DNA from: a virus
Lineage: Duplodnaviria > Caudoviricetes
Virus record (IMG/VR): IMGVR_UViG_3300033141_005199
Coordinates: 1 to 58,395 of that record
Length of the DNA: 58,395 bases
Reading direction: 5' to 3' (one strand)
The translations under genes were made by a program, and so were the position numbers. The notes beneath the pieces are model-generated. The model saw nothing but the letters and a program-made list of their open reading frames with translations, had not been told where the DNA came from and ran no database searches. Shown here piece by piece: positions 55,309 through 58,395 of this stretch (its first letter is position 1; each line of letters starts with the position of its first letter).

Positions 55309-55833
55309 CTAATTTGCCTTTTTCCTTGGTTCACACTCGGTTAGCTGTATGAATGCTTCACCCACCATGATCGCCGAGAAGAGAAACCACCCCACCACAT
55401 CCCCGATGTAGTAGTATTTCTGACTCGGATATTTCAGCATGTAGAAGAAGTATTCGTAGCTCATCATTAACGCGGATACGCCTGCAATCATCTTCACCAG
55501 ACAGTATAGCTGGGACGATATGCCCCTCGTAGGCTTAGCGTCATATGTTATAGGCGTAGTGTTGCCAGTATTCTCAGAACGGTTACCCACCATGAGGGCT
55601 GGGGGAGTAAGCCATCGCATACTAAGTGCATATACAGGACAAGCGTAGAGCCAGCCGCTAAGGATGAGAACCACACGACTCTCTGCAAGAACGTAGTGGT
55701 ACCATCGCCCACTCCAACCCACCTGCAGAGCGTACCAGTGATCAGCGTCGATAAGTAGCCCAATGAGGCACATAGCAAGGCTAGTGAGTATGATACTATC
55801 CAGTGCTCCACTGTGAACATTTCTACGATTCAT
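55309..55833 (-). CDS. Membrane protein
   Basis: Several hydrophobic helices; IDADH motif. Confidence 0.55.
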   Translation of the reverse strand: MNRRNVHSGALDSIILTSLAMCLIGLLIDADHWYALQVGWSGRWYHYVLAESRVVLILSGWLYACPVYALSMRWLTPPALMVGNRSENTGNTTPITYDAKPTRGISSQLYCLVKMIAGVSALMMSYEYFFYMLKYPSQKYYYIGDVVGWFLFSAIMVGEAFIQLTECEPRKKAN

Positions 55834-55866
55834 CCCTGTCTCCGTCGCCCTGTGGCTACGTGGAGG

Positions 55867-56250
55867 CTACTTCTTCCCCCCCTTTTTCCCTAGTTCTTCC
55901 ACTTGTTTCCTCAGCTTCTTGACTTCGCTCCATGGATCCATGCTGAAGTGTATTTCGCAGTTTAGCGTAGGCTCATATTTTCCCTTCTTAAACTCGCTTT
56001 CAACTATGTCAGGCAATACGTCTACTTCCAGTCCTTCATCGTAGAGTATTTTAGGCACATAATCATACATCATATCCTTTAGCTCCACATATCCGAAGGA
56101 GTATGGTATGTCATCATATTTCTTTATCTTAGAGTAGAAGTGGTATTTTATCTCCTTACACCCCGTCATACCCTTAATTATTCTCTCTAGAAGCCATATC
56201 TTAGCCCTATCCTCCAGCCTCCTTGAGCGTTTCCCGCCTCCCCCAGTCAT
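55867..56250 (-). CDS. Hypothetical protein
   Basis: TTTAAATA promoter near 56285-56292. Confidence 0.65.
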   Translation of the reverse strand: MTGGGGKRSRRLEDRAKIWLLERIIKGMTGCKEIKYHFYSKIKKYDDIPYSFGYVELKDMMYDYVPKILYDEGLEVDVLPDIVESEFKKGKYEPTLNCEIHFSMDPWSEVKKLRKQVEELGKKGGKK

Positions 56251-56705
56251 TTAACCAACCACGTAGATAAGTAGTGAACCCATATATTTAAACATTTTTC
56301 CATAGAACCCGCCAACTAGACAGGCTTCGCCCAGCATCGCATAGTGATACATATCACAATGTTTTAATCCATGCCACATATTAATACATATCACAATGCT
56401 TCAACCATCAGGAAACCATGTAACAACCAGTGAAACATTCATGGATTCATATATAAATAACAATCAATATGGAAACATTTATCTACACCCATATTATAGT
56501 TATTATCAGTCCACTAAGGACTGTTTGGCACAACTGGTAGGCATCACAGGCATGAATCTGGGCGAAACAAACACCACAACAGTGCCTACCCAAGCCACGA
56601 ACGGTACACGAACCCCTGTGAACTGGCCGTTCCACTATATAAACTGTGTTCGTGTTGTTTGGGGTAGGTACCCCTTTTTCCATTTGGCACTCTCCTCAGA
56701 TGAAT

Positions 56706-57956
56706 TCATGGAAAAAGCGTGGTAACTGGTTTTGTCTGTTCAAGTCTTTTATTGGCAATATCAACATATTCCTTGTTAAGTTCTATACCTATCCATTTCC
56801 TGTTTAACTTCTTAGCTGCGATAAGCGTAGTTCCGCTACCAGCGAACGGGTCAAGCACCACACCGTCTGGAGGACAACCTAGCTCTATGAGATAAGCCAT
56901 CAACTTAACGGGTTTGACGGTTGGATGGGTGTTTATGTTGTCTGGCAACCCACTGTTTCTCTCCTTCTTAGACGGCTTCGGCACGTCTAGGAAGCCGTGA
57001 TGCTGTGCCCAAGCATCAAGGTCAAAGTAGCGACTCTGATCACCAACATCGTTATATGAGTTAGATGGGTTTCTGGAACCGCCAAACATGAATTCTTGAG
57101 GCTTATATCTCCCGTCATTTTTCCTCGTCTGGGTAGCATTAGTTATCTTCCCTGTGTCCAACGCTTTATCTGATACGAGGAGGTTAGCTGGGAAACGCCC
57201 CTTAGATGTGACACTGGCAGTGTAATTGGTTTCGCTTTTAAATCCACTTCCGTCTCTCCAAGTAGGTGATTGTCTTGGTTTCCTTTTTGTTGTTTTATCT
57301 ACAACGTCAACTTCTGAGTTAATTGGGATTCTGCACGCGTCCACGTTTATCGCACCCATACCCCACTTCAACACGTTATCCACAATCGTCTTCTCGCTGA
57401 GGGGTTTATACACCATTAATATGGGTTCCTGTGCAGGTTTAAGTCCAGCTATATTCTTCCAACCCTCCCACCGCTTAGCCTCTTTAGACGCTGGTTCAGT
57501 AATTTCAACTGGAGTATTAGATTTAAGCCCCCATTTACCACGATCATTAGGAATATTTCCTTGTCCTTTCTTAAAACCAACTGTTTTTCGTTTTAATCTA
57601 AACTTCTTATCTATCCCCTTGCTAACATCATACGCTTTTGGAAATCCAGTTTTATATATCCATGAGATGAATGATTGCTTGAGCACAAACCCAACGTCTT
57701 CAAGCATCGCCAACATTCGCCATAATAAGTCTTGTCGAGGGCTACTCATCACAAACGCCAATGCTCCAGGCTTCAGAACCCTATACATTTCAGTAAACGC
57801 TTCACGGGGAGGTAATGCTTTATCCCACTCCTTCCCCATGAATTTTAATCCATACGGTGGGTCGGTAACTATGCAATCAATAGAGTTATCTGGGAATCTA
57901 TGCATAACTTCGACGCAGTCTCCACAGACAATTTTATTAATCGGAAGACTCATCAT
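56706..57956 (-). CDS. DNA N4/N6 methyltransferase (beta class)
   Basis: GDC, VTDPPYG, HPTVKP, LDPFAGSGTT, GIE. Confidence 0.93.
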   Translation of the reverse strand: MMSLPINKIVCGDCVEVMHRFPDNSIDCIVTDPPYGLKFMGKEWDKALPPREAFTEMYRVLKPGALAFVMSSPRQDLLWRMLAMLEDVGFVLKQSFISWIYKTGFPKAYDVSKGIDKKFRLKRKTVGFKKGQGNIPNDRGKWGLKSNTPVEITEPASKEAKRWEGWKNIAGLKPAQEPILMVYKPLSEKTIVDNVLKWGMGAINVDACRIPINSEVDVVDKTTKRKPRQSPTWRDGSGFKSETNYTASVTSKGRFPANLLVSDKALDTGKITNATQTRKNDGRYKPQEFMFGGSRNPSNSYNDVGDQSRYFDLDAWAQHHGFLDVPKPSKKERNSGLPDNINTHPTVKPVKLMAYLIELGCPPDGVVLDPFAGSGTTLIAAKKLNRKWIGIELNKEYVDIANKRLEQTKPVTTLFP

Positions 57957-58177
57957 ATCTTCTCCCCCGTCTTTAGTGGAATGTAGGGTGTCTCTCTCCC
58001 AGCCCGCAGATCCTTCGCCGACATCATTATGCCGAGGATTGGCTCCCGCTGGAGGAGGAGTTCCGCGGTTTCCCTATCTATCACGCCGTCGCCTAGAAGC
58101 CGTTTCACCTCAGCCACTCTCTCATCGTCACTCATGTTCAGCCACCTCTCTAGGCGCTCCTCGAATACATCACTCAC
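57953..58177 (-). CDS. Hypothetical protein
   Basis: Operon overlap. Confidence 0.6.
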   Translation of the reverse strand: MSDVFEERLERWLNMSDDERVAEVKRLLGDGVIDRETAELLLQREPILGIMMSAKDLRAGRETPYIPLKTGEKI

Positions 58178-58341
58178 TGTGTACCCTGCTTCTCCTTCTC
58201 GTTGATATGTATGATTAGCTGGCTTCCCTTGGCTTCGACGCTCTCAACCTCCGCGTTAGCAATGTGAACAGTCATGCCTGTGTCATCATATTTGCTGATC
58301 CAGCTCCGCCCACCATAGTTCCGAATCTTCACTTTACCCAT
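58174..58341 (-). CDS. Small hypothetical protein (ATG at 58341)
   Basis: Start overlaps the stop of the junction-spanning ORF. Confidence 0.55.
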   Translation of the reverse strand: MGKVKIRNYGGRSWISKYDDTGMTVHIANAEVESVEAKGSQLIIHINEKEKQGTQ

Positions 58342-58374
58342 CAGCCTCCTCTTTCTGTATTGTGATTCCACCTG

Positions 58375-58395
58375 TTAGCTGACGGTAGATGAATT
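58375..58395. repeat. Terminal 21-bp direct repeat (copy 2)
   Basis: Identical to 1-21. Confidence 0.97.

Noticed and set aside
56300-56700. Possible gene or small RNA between the MTase and 55867-56250
   Set aside because: The competing short ORFs and short hairpins are all unconvincing; cannot be resolved by eye
1-58395. CRISPR array or mini-array
   Set aside because: No regularly spaced 25-40 bp repeats were seen; the repeats found are promoter-associated or low complexity

Overview
This window is best read as the complete, circularly assembled genome (about 58.4 kb) of an archaeal tailed virus (Caudoviricetes, siphovirus-like gene order). Bases 1-21 equal 58375-58395, and an ORF reads intact across that junction. 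The archaeal host is indicated by MCM, PCNA, RadA, an XPF/ERCC4 nuclease and many BRE-TATA promoters. The precise host lineage cannot be read from the sequence. Modules: (1) replication/recombination: MCM with two inteins (one an Ala-start class 3 intein), an OB-fold SSB-like protein, XPF, PCNA and RadA, with no recognisable polymerase, primase or integrase; (2) a dispersed putative RNA-repair kit: RNA ligase, RlaP-like nucleotidyltransferase, two CX5R phosphatases, a calcineurin-like phosphoesterase and ASCH, plus several promoter-driven structured ncRNA candidates; (3) small single-gene cassettes and two AC-to-GT skew switches that may mark the physical genome ends; (4) a putative lysis pair; (5) packaging, head and tail genes, with an intein in TerL, Zn-ribbon inserts in the portal and a likely +1 frameshift in the tail chaperone; (6) an apparently circularly permuted GT-B glycosyltransferase; (7) three DNA methyltransferases, one with a nested out-of-frame ORF. 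All calls come from manual motif reading. No searches were run.
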